Origin: Prasinococcaceae sp. CCMP 1430
Taxonomy: Eukaryota; Plantae; Prasinodermophyta
NCBI GenBank assembly: GCA_013416795.1
Contig: RQSC01000010.1
Span: forward strand, 437,903 to 455,494
Direction of reading: 5' to 3'
Length of the DNA: 17,592 nt
The notes beneath the pieces were generated by a model. The model did no database searches. It was not told the origin of the DNA and worked only from the letters and a program-made list of their open reading frames with translations. The position numbers were made by a program, and so were the translations under genes. Numbering within the stretch: position 1 is the first letter of the stretch; each line of letters opens with the position of its first letter. Positions 1-11,200 of the stretch are shown here, one piece after another.

Positions 1-271
1 CTCCAATCTGGGTTTTAGCTAGATCTCTGATATACTCTAATACATATTCTACAAAGTTTTGTCCTCCAGTGGGGACTGCCTCGAGCTTTCGCGTACCTAA
101 AATGGCCAAAGCAAGTAAAAGACTTATCACAATCCAAGAAGTCATCAGCACCTGGCCATGGACCTGAAATTCACCAATTTGCCAGTAAAAATGCTGGCCT
201 ACTTCTACCGCAGAGAGCTGATAGAAAGATTGCATGTTTTCAATATCAATGCGGGGAGCTATAGTTTGCAT
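1..271 (-). CDS. atpI: ATP synthase CF0 subunit a (IV), 5' part; continues past the left edge of the window
   Basis: Manual minus-strand translation from ATG 271: [90 protein letters not shown]. This contains the AtpI motifs [14 protein letters not shown] and [20 protein letters not shown], and lies in the usual place after rps2. An alternative in-frame ATG is at 235. Absent from the ORF track because it is truncated. Confidence 0.96.
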   Translation of the reverse strand, partial: MQTIAPRIDIENMQSFYQLSAVEVGQHFYWQIGEFQVHGQVLMTSWIVISLLLALAILGTRKLEAVPTGGQNFVEYVLEYIRDLAKTQIG

Positions 272-404
272 GTCGTGTTTATTGGTTTCTAAACTTTAAG
301 TAATGGCCCCAAGCCATAAATTAGCGCAAGAGATAATTGTACTGCACCAAATTATATCCGCAATGACTTTTAAATATTAGTTTGTTGAGTGTTTGAACTT
401 AGGC

Positions 405-1112
405 TTAAGGCCAATTAGTTTGCTTTTGCCCCTCGTGAATAGCATTTGTTAGCTTGCCCAAAATCCATCGAATGGAAGCCCGGGCATCATCATTGGCAGG
501 AATTGGAATATCTGTCAGGTCTGGGTCACTATCGGTATCCACCAGACATACAGTAGGAATTCCTAATTTTAAACACTCTTGTAAAGCGGTGCACTCTTGC
601 TGTTGATCTAAAATAATGACTATGTCGGGTAGACCAGTCATGTATTTCATTCCATCCAGATATTTGCGCAGCTGAAACAACTGTCTTTTTCGTACAGCTG
701 CTTCTTTTTTAGGAAGATGTTGCAATGCACCTGATGCTTCTTGAAACTCAAGCTGGCGAAAGCGTTGCAAACGCGTTTTCATAGTAGCCCAGTTGGTAAG
801 CATGCCGCCAAGCCATTTTTGGTTTACGTAATGACATCTAGCTCTTTTGGCCCCCCAAGCCACTAGATCAGCGGCTTGATATCGGGTCCCCACCAGCAGA
901 AACTGCTTTTTGTGTTTAGCAGCTAAAGTCAATAGAGCACATGCTTCTGCTAATAGGCGGGCTGTTTGGGCCAAATTAATAATATGAATTCCCTTTCTTT
1001 CTGTAAAAATATAAGGAGCCATTTTAGGATTCCATCTTCGGGCTTGATGTCCAAAATGAACTCCGGCTTCCATCATTTCTTCCAAGTTTAAATCCCAACG
1101 CTCTTCTTTCAT
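405..1112 (-). CDS. rps2: 30S ribosomal protein S2
   Basis: Motifs [36 protein letters not shown] and [19 protein letters not shown]. The ORF track starts at GTG 1115; the adjacent ATG 1112, with upstream AAAGGAA, is the likelier start. Confidence 0.97.
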   Translation of the reverse strand: MKEERWDLNLEEMMEAGVHFGHQARRWNPKMAPYIFTERKGIHIINLAQTARLLAEACALLTLAAKHKKQFLLVGTRYQAADLVAWGAKRARCHYVNQKWLGGMLTNWATMKTRLQRFRQLEFQEASGALQHLPKKEAAVRKRQLFQLRKYLDGMKYMTGLPDIVIILDQQQECTALQECLKLGIPTVCLVDTDSDPDLTDIPIPANDDARASIRWILGKLTNAIHEGQKQTNWP

Positions 1113-1311
1113 CACTTATTTTCCTTTAGGCTACCAGGCAGGCTTTCTTAACTAGACCTTGAGATCCTCAGAAAAAACCTGAAAATTGTTTCTAACTATT
1201 TGAAAACTCTGCAAATCACTTTGACAACTATATGCACAATATAGCCAACAGTTTCAGCTTTGAGCCGTGATGGGTTTTTCGGGCTCGCTTTTGATAAAAA
1301 AAAGATTTAGC

Positions 1312-4300
1312 TTACCATTTAAAGACAGTATTTTTTAGGGGATTTACAGAAAGAGGTTCGTACTCTTTTTTCGGTCCTGCTTTGGCACGCTTTTGTCTAC
1401 GTTTGGTTTTTGCTCCTAGATTCTTTTTTCGATAACGCAAGACTCGTTTGATGGATTGGTCTAAGCTAGGTTGGTCTGAAAAAGATGCAAAAAATACTTG
1501 GTCCATGGTCGGAGGCCACTCTCTATTCCAAATATGGCGCTGATTTTTTTCTAACTGTGTTCCATTGAACTTTGGTTTGTAACTTTTCCAGAAAACCTCG
1601 GGACATCCGGTTCCAGCAGGAATGGTATGGCCAATGATCACATTTTCTTTAAGTCCTTTTAACCAATCTGTTCTACCTCGAATAGCCGATGTGCTCAACA
1701 CTTTTACAGTTTGCTGAAAGCTAGCTTCCGAAAGAAAGCTGTGTGTGTGTAAGGAAGCTTTGGTGATTCCAAGCACAATGGGCCTATACATAACACCACG
1801 CCCAGGGATACAACTGGTGCGATGAACTTGGGCCAAATCAATGATTTCTCCCGGCAAAAAACGGGCGTACGCACAAGAGGAAGACCATAGAGCAGCTTTC
1901 CAAAGTCTAAACTCTAACGCTGGAAGCACTCGTTCAAGCTCCTCAAGCTCTTGCGTATTGAGCTCTTCAACTATCCCCTTAGAGGTCATTTGGCGAACCA
2001 CAAGTTCTATATGCTTGTCAGATATACGTACACCCTGTGTTTGATAGACTTTTTGAATCTCGTCTATCAAGTAAAGCTGGGTTTGGACCATTTCAAAACT
2101 AGCTCTGCTAGCACGGATCCAAACACTATCCATCATTGTACGAAGACGCCCATGCCAACCTGTCTGAGAGCCTTCTTGATTAAAAGCTCTCGCTTGCGGG
2201 GACCGCCCTTCCAATAATTGCTCTACTTTTGGAAGTCCCTGAATAATATCGCCTGATCTTAACCTTTCGTATGTCAGGGTCATTAAAAGATCACCTGCCT
2301 GAATTGCATCTGCATGTTTAGTAGGCATCGCTGCTCCGGTAGTGGCCAGATATGGCCTGGCTAAACGCATCCACAAATAATCTTCAGTTATAGCCACGAT
2401 CATGCCTGACTCTCTTGCTAATCCCTCTAAACCTAAAACGCTACTTCTTTTTTCCAAAAAAAGTTCTCCGAACTTCGCCCTGAGATGAGACCTCATCGAA
2501 ATCGAAGACAAGGACGCTTTGCCCAAGTATTCAGAAAGAGAAAACACAGTGCCTTTTGGGCTGATTTTCTGTGCTTGCCCTTGTTCATCGAGCCAAACTA
2601 TCTCTTGCCTAAGATCAGCACAGCTATAGCTAATAGAGAAATCTGTGAGCCAAGCCGTTTCTTCTGTAAGTCCAGCATGGCCAGTTGATTCATCCATATA
2701 CAACAAACGGCCAGTACTGCACAAATATTGACCAGGTCTGTAAAGATGTCCCAACAATCCAACATAGGGTTTTCTGAGCTTATCTTCTTGAAAATTTCTG
2801 ATCCTGTTTGTAGGAACTTGTAACGCACTTTGCAAGACTGGTGTCCAACGTTGACTAGAAGTGTCTGCGTCTAAAACTACACTCAATATGTCTGTTTGGG
2901 TCGAATTTTTTTTGCAACTTGTCTCAGATGCATTCTTAAGCGGAATTTTGCGTAAATCCATAAAAGAAAGACTTAAAGCAAGTAGCTTTCCATGATCCGC
3001 AGATAANNNNNNNNNNNNNNNNNNNNNNNNNNNNNNNNNNNNNNNNNNNNNNNNNNNNNNNNNNNNNNNNNNNNNNNNNNNNNNNNNNNNNNNNNNNNNN
3101 NNNNNNNNNNNNNNNNNNNNNNNNNNNNNNNNNNNNNNNNNNNNNNNNNNNNNNNNNNNNNNNNNNNNNNNNNNNNNNNNNNNNNNNNNNNNNNNNNNNN
3201 NNNNNNNNNNNNNNNNNNNNNNNNNNNNNNNNNNNNNNNNNNNNNNNNNNNNNNNNNNNNNNNNNNNNNNNNNNNNNNNNNNNNNNNNNNNNNNNNNNNN
3301 NNNNNNNNNNNNNNNNNNNNNNNNNNNNNNNNNNNNNNNNNNNNNNNNNNNNNNNNNNNNNNNNNNNNNNNNNNNNNNNNNNNNNNNNNNNNNNNNNNNN
3401 NNNNNNNNNNNNNNNNNNNNNNNNNNNNNNNNNNNNNNNNNNNNNNNNNNNNNNNNNNNNNNNNNNNNNNNNNNNNNNNNNNNNNNNNNNNNNNNNNNNN
3501 NNNNNNNNNNNNNNNNNNNNNNNNNNNNNNNNNNNNNNNNNNNNNNNNNNNNNNNNNNNNNNNNNNNNNNNNNNNNNNNNNNNNNNNNNNNNNNNNNNNN
3601 NNNNNNNNNNNNNNNNNNNNNNNNNNNNNNNNNNNNNNNNNNNNNNNNNNNNNNNNNNNNNNNNNNNNNNNNNNNNNNNNNNNNNNNNNNNNNNNNNNNN
3701 NNNNNNNNNNNNNNNNNNNNNNNNNNNNNNNNNNNNNNNNNNNNNNNNNNNNNNNNNNNNNNNNNNNNNNNNNNNNNNNNNNNNNNNNNNNNNNNNNNNN
3801 NNNNNNNNNNNNNNNNNNNNNNNNNNNNNNNNNNNNNNNNNNNNNNNNNNNACTCTAGAATATAAGAATCGTGCAAAGGAGGGTCGTAAGGAAATAAAGA
3901 AAAGGGTGAATGCCCTGCCAATACCCAAATGTGACTTGTGCTTGTAAGATGAAGAGGAGCAGTGCTTGAATTAGACCAATCTAAGTTCACTTTTCCCCAA
4001 TACATCTCTCCTGCCAGGTCTGAGTAGACGTTTTTTTGAACAGTTTCTTTTAAGGGCGCAGTGGTTGCACGGATTTCTCCAATCACTTGTTGAGATTGCA
4101 CGTACTGATTTTGGCTAACCAGTAAGAGGCTTTGAGCTGGAATAAGCATTTCTTCATCTTCATCTGCGCCTTCCACCACTAAGGGCAGATCCTCTTGACA
4201 TATTCGAGCTGATCTACCGTGACGGCTTCGAGTTAGTACGGTTTTTTGAGGATCGAAACGAACAAGACCATTAAAAGGAGCTCGAACATGTTCAGCAATA

Positions 4301-5349
4301 TCCCCGGTAAATACACCTCCAGTATGAAAGGTACGTAAGGTCAATTGAGTTCCCGGTTCTCCAATAGATTGTCCCGCAATAATACCTACTGCTTCTCCTA
4401 GGTCTACGATCTGACCATGAGCTAGGCTCCAGCCATAGCAAAGTTGGCAAATCCAACTTTTGCCTTTGCAACTTACGGGAGATCTAACTAAGACTGTGTT
4501 AGCTTCCTCGGCTGCTAATTGAAAAGCCAACCCGGCATAAATCTCCTCATTTCGCACTGCAACACACTGCCGGTCTTGATATACAGGAGAAGCTAATACT
4601 CGTCCAACCAGTCTTTCTTCACGTGAGACATAATCATCTCCTTTATGATCTTGAATAGCATCGAGATGGATTCCTTTCAGAGATCCACAGTCAATTTTGC
4701 GGACTACCATGTGTTGAACTACCTCTACCAAACGGCGGGTAAGATAGCCTGCATCGGCAGTGCGAACTGCAGTGTCTACCACACCTTTGCGAGCGCCGTA
4801 ACAAGAAATAATATATTCCGTGAGAGATAATCCTTCCCGAAAATTGCTTTGGATCGGAAGGTCGATAATTTGTCCCTGGGGATCAGACATCAAGCCACGC
4901 ATCCCTACCAACTGGTGAACCTGCGAGATACTCCCTCGAGCCCCTGAAAAAGACATCATGTGCACCGGATTAAGAGGATTAGTCATCTTAAAATTTGGAC
5001 TCATCTCTTTTTTTAAGTGCTCACTGGTAGTATACCAAGTCTCTACTAATTGCCTAAGCTTCTCCACAGCATGAATATTACCCTGACGTTCGGAGATGTC
5101 AGACATATGGGCTTGATAGTCAGCATCTTCTACTAACCACACTTTGGAAGGAGTAGTCAAAAGATCATCGATACCCAAAGAAATGGCTGCTTGAGTAGCT
5201 TGTTCAAAACCGAGTAACTTAATTTGATCCAGAATCTCAGAAGTATGTGGACCACCAAAGTGGATAGCTAATCTACCAATTAGTTCTTTCATGGCTCCCT
5301 TGTCCATGACTTGGTTATAAAAAGGGACCTGTTGCCACTCTTGCATCAT
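1312..5349 (-). CDS. rpoC2: Plastid-encoded RNA polymerase beta'' subunit (middle unsequenced)
   Basis: Motifs [95 protein letters not shown] and [16 protein letters not shown] at 5359-5363 lies 9 nt before the ATG. The frame is the same on both sides of the gap. Confidence 0.97.
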   Translation of the reverse strand: MMQEWQQVPFYNQVMDKGAMKELIGRLAIHFGGPHTSEILDQIKLLGFEQATQAAISLGIDDLLTTPSKVWLVEDADYQAHMSDISERQGNIHAVEKLRQLVETWYTTSEHLKKEMSPNFKMTNPLNPVHMMSFSGARGSISQVHQLVGMRGLMSDPQGQIIDLPIQSNFREGLSLTEYIISCYGARKGVVDTAVRTADAGYLTRRLVEVVQHMVVRKIDCGSLKGIHLDAIQDHKGDDYVSREERLVGRVLASPVYQDRQCVAVRNEEIYAGLAFQLAAEEANTVLVRSPVSCKGKSWICQLCYGWSLAHGQIVDLGEAVGIIAGQSIGEPGTQLTLRTFHTGGVFTGDIAEHVRAPFNGLVRFDPQKTVLTRSRHGRSARICQEDLPLVVEGADEDEEMLIPAQSLLLVSQNQYVQSQQVIGEIRATTAPLKETVQKNVYSDLAGEMYWGKVNLDWSNSSTAPLHLTSTSHIWVLAGHSPFSLFPYDPPLHDSYILEXXXXXXXXXXXXXXXXXXXXXXXXXXXXXXXXXXXXXXXXXXXXXXXXXXXXXXXXXXXXXXXXXXXXXXXXXXXXXXXXXXXXXXXXXXXXXXXXXXXXXXXXXXXXXXXXXXXXXXXXXXXXXXXXXXXXXXXXXXXXXXXXXXXXXXXXXXXXXXXXXXXXXXXXXXXXXXXXXXXXXXXXXXXXXXXXXXXXXXXXXXXXXXXXXXXXXXXXXXXXXXXXXXXXXXXXXXXXXXXXXXXXXXXXXXXXXXXXXXXXXXXXXXXXXXXXXXXXXXXXXXLSADHGKLLALSLSFMDLRKIPLKNASETSCKKNSTQTDILSVVLDADTSSQRWTPVLQSALQVPTNRIRNFQEDKLRKPYVGLLGHLYRPGQYLCSTGRLLYMDESTGHAGLTEETAWLTDFSISYSCADLRQEIVWLDEQGQAQKISPKGTVFSLSEYLGKASLSSISMRSHLRAKFGELFLEKRSSVLGLEGLARESGMIVAITEDYLWMRLARPYLATTGAAMPTKHADAIQAGDLLMTLTYERLRSGDIIQGLPKVEQLLEGRSPQARAFNQEGSQTGWHGRLRTMMDSVWIRASRASFEMVQTQLYLIDEIQKVYQTQGVRISDKHIELVVRQMTSKGIVEELNTQELEELERVLPALEFRLWKAALWSSSCAYARFLPGEIIDLAQVHRTSCIPGRGVMYRPIVLGITKASLHTHSFLSEASFQQTVKVLSTSAIRGRTDWLKGLKENVIIGHTIPAGTGCPEVFWKSYKPKFNGTQLEKNQRHIWNREWPPTMDQVFFASFSDQPSLDQSIKRVLRYRKKNLGAKTKRRQKRAKAGPKKEYEPLSVNPLKNTVFKW
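3007..3851. other. Assembly gap (845 N) inside rpoC2
   Basis: Run of N from 3007 to 3851, falling in the poorly conserved central insertion region of beta''. Confidence 0.99.
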
Positions 5350-5377
5350 TAGTCAGCACCTCCATTTGCATTTCAGT

Positions 5378-5420
5378 CTGAGTCTTCTAAAAGCAAACTA
5401 TTCCACTTTAGAAGACTCAG
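5378..5420. repeat. Inverted repeat (14-bp arms, 15-nt loop) in the rpoC1-rpoC2 spacer
   Basis: CTGAGTCTTCTAAA (5378-5391) and TTTAGAAGACTCAG (5407-5420) are perfect reverse complements. Confidence 0.9.
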
Positions 5421-5481
5421 CTTTAGAGAGAAAAAGAGTTACACCCTCTGGGAGCTTAACTTACCAAGTAGAAACAAATCC

Positions 5482-7074
5482 CTAGAGAGGAAACGAACCA
5501 TAAGGTCTTTGTAAAGCTTCCTGCAGGTAGTAATTAAAAAGTACACGTCCAACAGTAGTATAAATATATTGTTTTAAGCTATGTCCATGCCTATTAGCCC
5601 GAGTCTGACCATATTCATAGATGCTTAAATTGTCTCCAAACACTTGGTATTGTGTCTCGATGGGTTCATCAAAAGACACATCATGAATTACCAGGGTCTG
5701 CTGGTTCATGGCCATCCATATCGGGGAGTGTGGATGCAGTCTAGCCCCGAGATATGTGTTGAGAACTTGAAGGGGTGCTGAGAAAGCCGGTATTCGCGCT
5801 GGAAGAACTGAATCGATTGGCGAAAAATGTTCTGTTGGCCAGTAGCGCGAAGAGTAGATGCCGAGATCTCCTTCTAAGGTTAAAACGTAAAGCCCTAAAA
5901 GCATGTCCTGGCTGGGCACAGCTATAGCCTCTCCTGTGGCTGGAGAAAGCAAGTTTTGATCAGCGAACATAAGCAGGCGAGCTTCCATTTGAGCATCTAT
6001 AGCCAACGGTACATGTACAGCCATCTGATCACCATCAAAATCGGCATTAAAGCCTGTACATACTAAAGGATGTAAACGAATAGCTCGTTCTCGCGTGAGA
6101 ATGGGTTGAAAAGCTTGAATTCCGAGGCGATGCAACGTAGGCGCTCGATTTAGTAAGACTGCATACTCCTTCACGACGTTTTGCAACACATTCCAAATAA
6201 TCGGGACCTTTCGCTGGATTAGACTTTTAGCTGCTCGCAAATTTGGCGATATTTCTTGTTCAATTAATCTGCGAATCACAAATGGTTGAAAAAGCTCCAT
6301 AGCCATCTCTTCAGGCAAACCACACTGTTCGAGTTTTAAATAAGGGCCTACCGCGATGACTGATCTTCCCGAATAGTCGACTCGTTTTCCGAGCAGGTTT
6401 TCCCGAAAGCGTCCTTCTTTGCCTTGAATGAGATCGGAAAAAGCCTTATAAATCCGGTCATGACGATCTTTGACAGGGCGTCCAACCTTACTATTATCGA
6501 GCAGCTGATCTACAGCTAATTGAATCAGCTTTTTTTGCAAGCCAGCCCATCCATCTAAAGTCAATTCTAGCAAAGCGGTATTGTCTATTAAAGTATTGTT
6601 TCTGCACACTACTCGGCGATAGAGCTCATTGAGATCAGAGCTAATCAGTTCTCCTTCTTTTAACTCGAGCATTGGTCTCAAGTCTGGAGGAAGTACAGGT
6701 AAATCTGAAAACACCATCCATTCTGGCTTAATTTTGCTACGAATTAAGTGATTAATGAGCCGGATGCGTCTTAAGTGAGATTCTTTTTTTCGTCGCATTC
6801 TTTCTACATCCCACCAAGTTAATCCCGGATCCGCTTGCATAAGTTGATACCAATCAACAGTAGCGCTGTTTTTGAGTTCTAAAAGATTCAGCTTAGCCAA
6901 TTGCGTCTGCACCGCTCTGCCACCAGTGGTGATTTCCCGACACTGAATTAACAAAAAGGCCGAAGATGATAAGTAAGAACGAAGTGCTTCTTTCCACGAA
7001 TAACCATTAAACCTGAAGAGACCCTCGATATGGAAAAGAGAAGGCAATTGGAATACTGATTTGATTAAAAAAAA
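5482..7074 (-). CDS. rpoC1: RNA polymerase beta' subunit, exon 2
   Basis: Contains FRENLLGKRVDYSGRSVI, LLNRAPTLHRLGIQAF and the catalytic NADFDGD motif. The frame stays open upstream of the ORF-track TTG 7047 (FFLIKSVFQ-LPSLF). The boundary is placed 8 nt after the bulged A at 7082. The spliced CDS is 2025 nt (674 aa). Confidence 0.93.
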   Translation of the reverse strand, partial: FFLIKSVFQLPSLFHIEGLFRFNGYSWKEALRSYLSSSAFLLIQCREITTGGRAVQTQLAKLNLLELKNSATVDWYQLMQADPGLTWWDVERMRRKKESHLRRIRLINHLIRSKIKPEWMVFSDLPVLPPDLRPMLELKEGELISSDLNELYRRVVCRNNTLIDNTALLELTLDGWAGLQKKLIQLAVDQLLDNSKVGRPVKDRHDRIYKAFSDLIQGKEGRFRENLLGKRVDYSGRSVIAVGPYLKLEQCGLPEEMAMELFQPFVIRRLIEQEISPNLRAAKSLIQRKVPIIWNVLQNVVKEYAVLLNRAPTLHRLGIQAFQPILTRERAIRLHPLVCTGFNADFDGDQMAVHVPLAIDAQMEARLLMFADQNLLSPATGEAIAVPSQDMLLGLYVLTLEGDLGIYSSRYWPTEHFSPIDSVLPARIPAFSAPLQVLNTYLGARLHPHSPIWMAMNQQTLVIHDVSFDEPIETQYQVFGDNLSIYEYGQTRANRHGHSLKQYIYTTVGRVLFNYYLQEALQRPYGSFPL

Positions 7075-7681
7075 AGCGGGATAGGGCGCAACCTTGGTGG
7101 ACTGTTCCCCCCCTCAGAACTACACGTGAGCTTTTTGGCTCATGGGGCTCAGACAGCACTTGGCCTGTTTCACAAACAATTTGCCTGATTGTAAATTTTT
7201 TGCATGCTGCCGCTGGCCTAGTTTGTCTGACTCCGGCCCAAAGGCACCAGAGGCTTTGGCTTGTCTAGTTGGTAGCCAAAACAGATGTCTCTGGCCCTCT
7301 TGGAGGCTCTGAATTTTTTTAAAAAAGCACAAAAGGAAAAGGAATTCAGAGACTCTCCTGATCTGCACTTTAACCTCAAGATGGGTCTATTAGGTTCCCT
7401 ATATTCCCCGATGGTCGGAGTGTGTGTTTTCAAAAGAAATACGATTTTTCGATTGAAATACCATTACCAGGCCCTTGAAAAGCCTTAGTGTTTACGAGAT
7501 TTAATACCATTGATTCTGGCATAGGTTATCACCCTAGACGCTCTGCCCTTGGAAACCTGAGCTTGGAAGCTGTTATCTCAAAAAATTACAGCCGCCTCAG
7601 GCTAGGACTCACTTTCGATTTGAAAAGTGGCCGTCAAACTCAAAAGAGACGACACGAGCGAAGTACAGCATCAAGTCACAC
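7075..7681 (-). other. Group II (IIB-like) intron in rpoC1, 607 bp, no ORF
   Basis: 5' GTGTG at 7681, after codon 144 (nt 432, the conserved land-plant site). A 34-nt domain V (GAGCCCCATGAGCCAAAAAGCTCACGTGTAGTTC) lies at 7150-7117. A G-run/CCCT-A-TCCC domain VI carries the bulged A at 7082. The 3' boundary is somewhat uncertain (alternative: 7081). Confidence 0.9.
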
Positions 7682-8113
7682 ATCGCAATACACCAAGCTT
7701 GCGAGGTGTTTCAAAGATCTTTGAAGCAAAGACGCAATGAAACTTGGGCGACGCTTGAAATACCAAATATGAGTTACTGGGCAGGCCAGTTGCACATAAC
7801 CCATCCGATGCCTGCGTGCTCGAGCACTAATATATTCTATTCCGCAAAGCTCGCACATTTTTGGAGCATCTTTCTGTTTTTCCGGATTAAAATACTTTCC
7901 ACAAGCACATGTGCCACTTTTGACCGGACCAAAAATACGTTCACAGAATAGCCCGTCTCTTTCAGGCTTATGAGTCTTGTAATGAATAGTGTTATGTCTG
8001 GTCACGCGCCCTACGGTCTCTCCATTTGGGAGCGTTCTGTTAGCCCAACTGCGAATTTGCTCTGGAGAAGCCAGGCGAATACGCAGATACTGACGATCAG
8101 AACGAGAAATCAT
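7682..8113 (-). CDS. rpoC1: RNA polymerase beta' subunit, exon 1 (432 nt)
   Basis: [24 protein letters not shown]...[29 protein letters not shown]...CELCG...[10 protein letters not shown]...VYCD includes the zinc-binding Cys motif. GGAGG at 8120-8124 precedes ATG 8113. Confidence 0.95.
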
Positions 8114-8229
8114 GGCAAACCTCCGATGTTGAGTTAAGCAGACAGTGGCAACATACTTTGAATTGCAAGGGGGGTGCCGAATGCCCACATCACAAATCCG
8201 ATTCTATATCTCTTATCCTGACAGGGGGG

Positions 8230-11200
8230 TTATGCTGGCCTCAGATCATCTTGTAAGTTCTCTTTCGAGGTAACCCACCGTCCCACATTAATGCCCAAAC
8301 AGCGGAGTTCTCGAACTAAGAGTTTAAAGGCTTCGGGAACATCTTGTGATTTTGGAAGTTCTTCTCCTGTGATCATAGCTCCTAAAACTTCTTTACGCCC
8401 AAAAATATCATCGGACTTACTAGTCAAAATTTCTTGCAAAACACAAGAAGCTCCAAACCCTTCTAAAGCCCAGACCTCCATTTCTCCGACTCTTTGTCCT
8501 CCTCGCCTGGATCTGCCCCGGAGAGGCTGCTGGGTGACTAGAGAGTATGGACCAGTAGAACGGGCATGAATTTTGTCATCCACTTGGTGAATAAGTTTAA
8601 GTATATAAGCTCTTCCCACAGTTACAGGCTGCTCAAACATTTCTCCTGTTCTACCATCAAAGAGTCGACTTTTTCCTGGGCTATCGGCTTCAAAAATCCA
8701 AGGGTAGGTAGACGCTTTTCTGGCCAAAGAAAGTTCGGAGAGCACTAATTTGCGGGAGGCTTCTCGTTCATATTGTTCGTCAAAAGGAACCATGCGATAA
8801 TGGCGACCTAAAAAGGCCCCTGCTAAGCCCAACACACATTCAAATACCTGTCCAACATTCATTCTCGAAGGCACACCCAAAGGGCTTAATAAAACGTCTA
8901 CGGGAGTTCCATCTTGGAGATAGGGCATGTCCTGGCGCGGTAAAATTCTAGAAATGATGCCTTTATTGCCATGTCGACCAGCCACTTTGTCTCCTACTTT
9001 GATTTTTCGCTTTTGAACTATAGTCACATGTATGACTTGGCCCTGCCCCAGAGGGCTTCCATCTTGATACACCCAGTGAACATCAATTACTCGTCCTCGG
9101 CCCCCTGGAGGAACTTTTAAAGAGCTTTCTTCAGAAGTAGAAGGCTGAATGCCAAAAATAGCTTGTAATAATCTGCCTTCAGGACTCTGAAAAGTTTGGG
9201 AAGGCTCCTGAGGTGTCAGTTTACCAACTAACACATCTCCTGTCTCTACCCAAGCACCCGGACAAACTACTCCATTGACATCAAGGTGGCGAAGCAAATG
9301 GGACTCCAAATAAGGTAACTGCTTAGTAATCTCTTCCATACCTTGGTTCGTACAGCGGGCTTCAATCTCGTATTTCTTTATATGAAAAGAAGTGAACACG
9401 TCTTCGTATACTAGGCGTTCGTTAATCAGTACAGCATCTTCAAAGTTGTATCCATCCCAGGGCATATAGGCTACGAGCACATTTTTACCTAAGGCTAGCT
9501 CGCCTTCAGCAGTAGTCGCAGCTTCAGCAAGAAGCTGCCCTTTGGCCACAGTTTCGCCTAAAATTACTGCCGGTCTTTGATGAATGCAGGTATTGTAATT
9601 AGATCTTTGATAATTCAATAAAAATTTGACACATTCTGGCTGGTTGTCACCAACCAGGCAAATCTTCTGCCCATCTACATAGCCGATCCGGCCATCCTGA
9701 GGTGCTAATAATAGGGTACCGGAATGCAAAGCGATATGAGTTTCTAACCCAGTACCCACAATAGCCTTTTCAGGTCTCAGCAAAGGCACAGCTTGGCGCT
9801 GCATATTTGAGCCCATCAAAGCACGGTTGGCATCATTATGCTCCAAGAAAGGAATAAGACAAGCACCAACTGAAAAATACTGAAAAGGCAAAATGCTTCT
9901 GAGATGGATTTGCTTCCAGGGGGTAGTAATAAATTCTTGTTGACAACGCGCCGGCGTGCTTTGCTTATCTCTGGAAATTTGGCTAAGGGCCAACATGTTT
10001 CCGGTAGCGATTTTGTAGTATTCATCTAGACCGGGAGGTAAATAAACGGTACTTTCTGTAGTTGGCTTTTTAGGGACTGTATATAAAGGGCTTTCAATAG
10101 CCCCATACATATTGACATTAGCTTGAGTAGCCAAAGAACTAACTAGACCCGCATTCATGCCCTCAGAAGTTTCGATAGGGCAAATACGTCCATATTGGCT
10201 AGGATGAATGTCGCGTACTCGGAAACTGGCAGTCCTACGAGTAAGACCGCCAGGACCTAATACACTCAATTTTCGTTTATGAACAATTTCAGCCAAAGGA
10301 TTAGTTTGATCTAAAAATTGGCTCAGGGGGTGAGATGTAAAAAATTCTTTCAGATTCAGCACTTGTGGCGCTGAATGCATCAAACCCTTTGCAGACGGTG
10401 ACCAATTGTGCTTAGCAGCTTTATGTAAGAGTTTGGAAATTGTAGTCGATAAGCGAGACAAAGATATTCTTAGTTGCAAAGCCAATAAATCTCCTACAGA
10501 ACGCACACGTTTGTTTTTGAGATGATCAATATCATCAAAAGGCATATTTTTGCCTCCTTTCATCTCTAACAAAAGATTTATGGCTGCTACAATATCTTGT
10601 GGCAACAAAAATCTTTCCTCTACCGATGTCAGTTCTCCCAGCCGTAGATTCATATTGACACGGCCTAACCATCCCAATTCAAATTTCTCACGCAATTTAA
10701 GACCAAGATTTTTAGGTAGGGGGTCTACAGCATGGGTAGGATACAAACATGTCAAAATTTCTCTCATAGACGATTGGCAAGATGCCACTATAGACAAATT
10801 TTTATCTATAGTGCGTTCGTCCAGAAGAATTGAGTTCATCAAAAGAGTCCCGCCATCATCCTGGCTCCTGCAGATTTCAAGTATGTCTGCACCCATAGCT
10901 GCTAGTAGGATCATCACAGGAAATTTGCACCTTCGGTTAAAACGAACCCAAATTTGATTTTTGCCATCTATTTCGAATTTTAATCTATCGCCCCATTCTG
11001 AAATCACCGTCACTGTATGCACAGGCTTGCGTTGCGAATTTTTTTCTACAGTAAAATAGACCCCAGGATTGCGCAAAATTTGACTTACTACAACCCTAGA
11101 AACGCCATTGATAATAAATGTACCTATTGGGCTCATTAAAGGCAAGCTACCTAGAAACACTTTTTGCTTTTGCACATTTCGGTTTGCGTCATTTCTAAGC

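Noticed and set aside
1841-2828. Short ORFs 1841-2044, 1951-2217, 2485-2688 (+) and 2598-2828 (-), also 4645-4830 (+)
   Set aside because: Antisense or off-frame shadows of rpoC2 with no recognisable motifs.
2936-3928. 330-aa minus-strand ORF
   Set aside because: Artefact of translating through the N-gap in another frame.
7120-7724. ORFs of 67-82 aa in or over the rpoC1 intron as a possible maturase remnant
   Set aside because: No reverse transcriptase (YADD), domain X or endonuclease motifs; the intron is only 607 bp.
8114-8188. 25-aa N-terminal extension of RpoC1 from ATG 8188
   Set aside because: ATG 8113 has a GGAGG site and gives the canonical 432-nt exon 1.
8291-10957. ORFs overlapping rpoB (8291-8569, 8566-8748, 9816-10025, 10550-10957)
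   Set aside because: Shadows of a conserved gene with no independent evidence.
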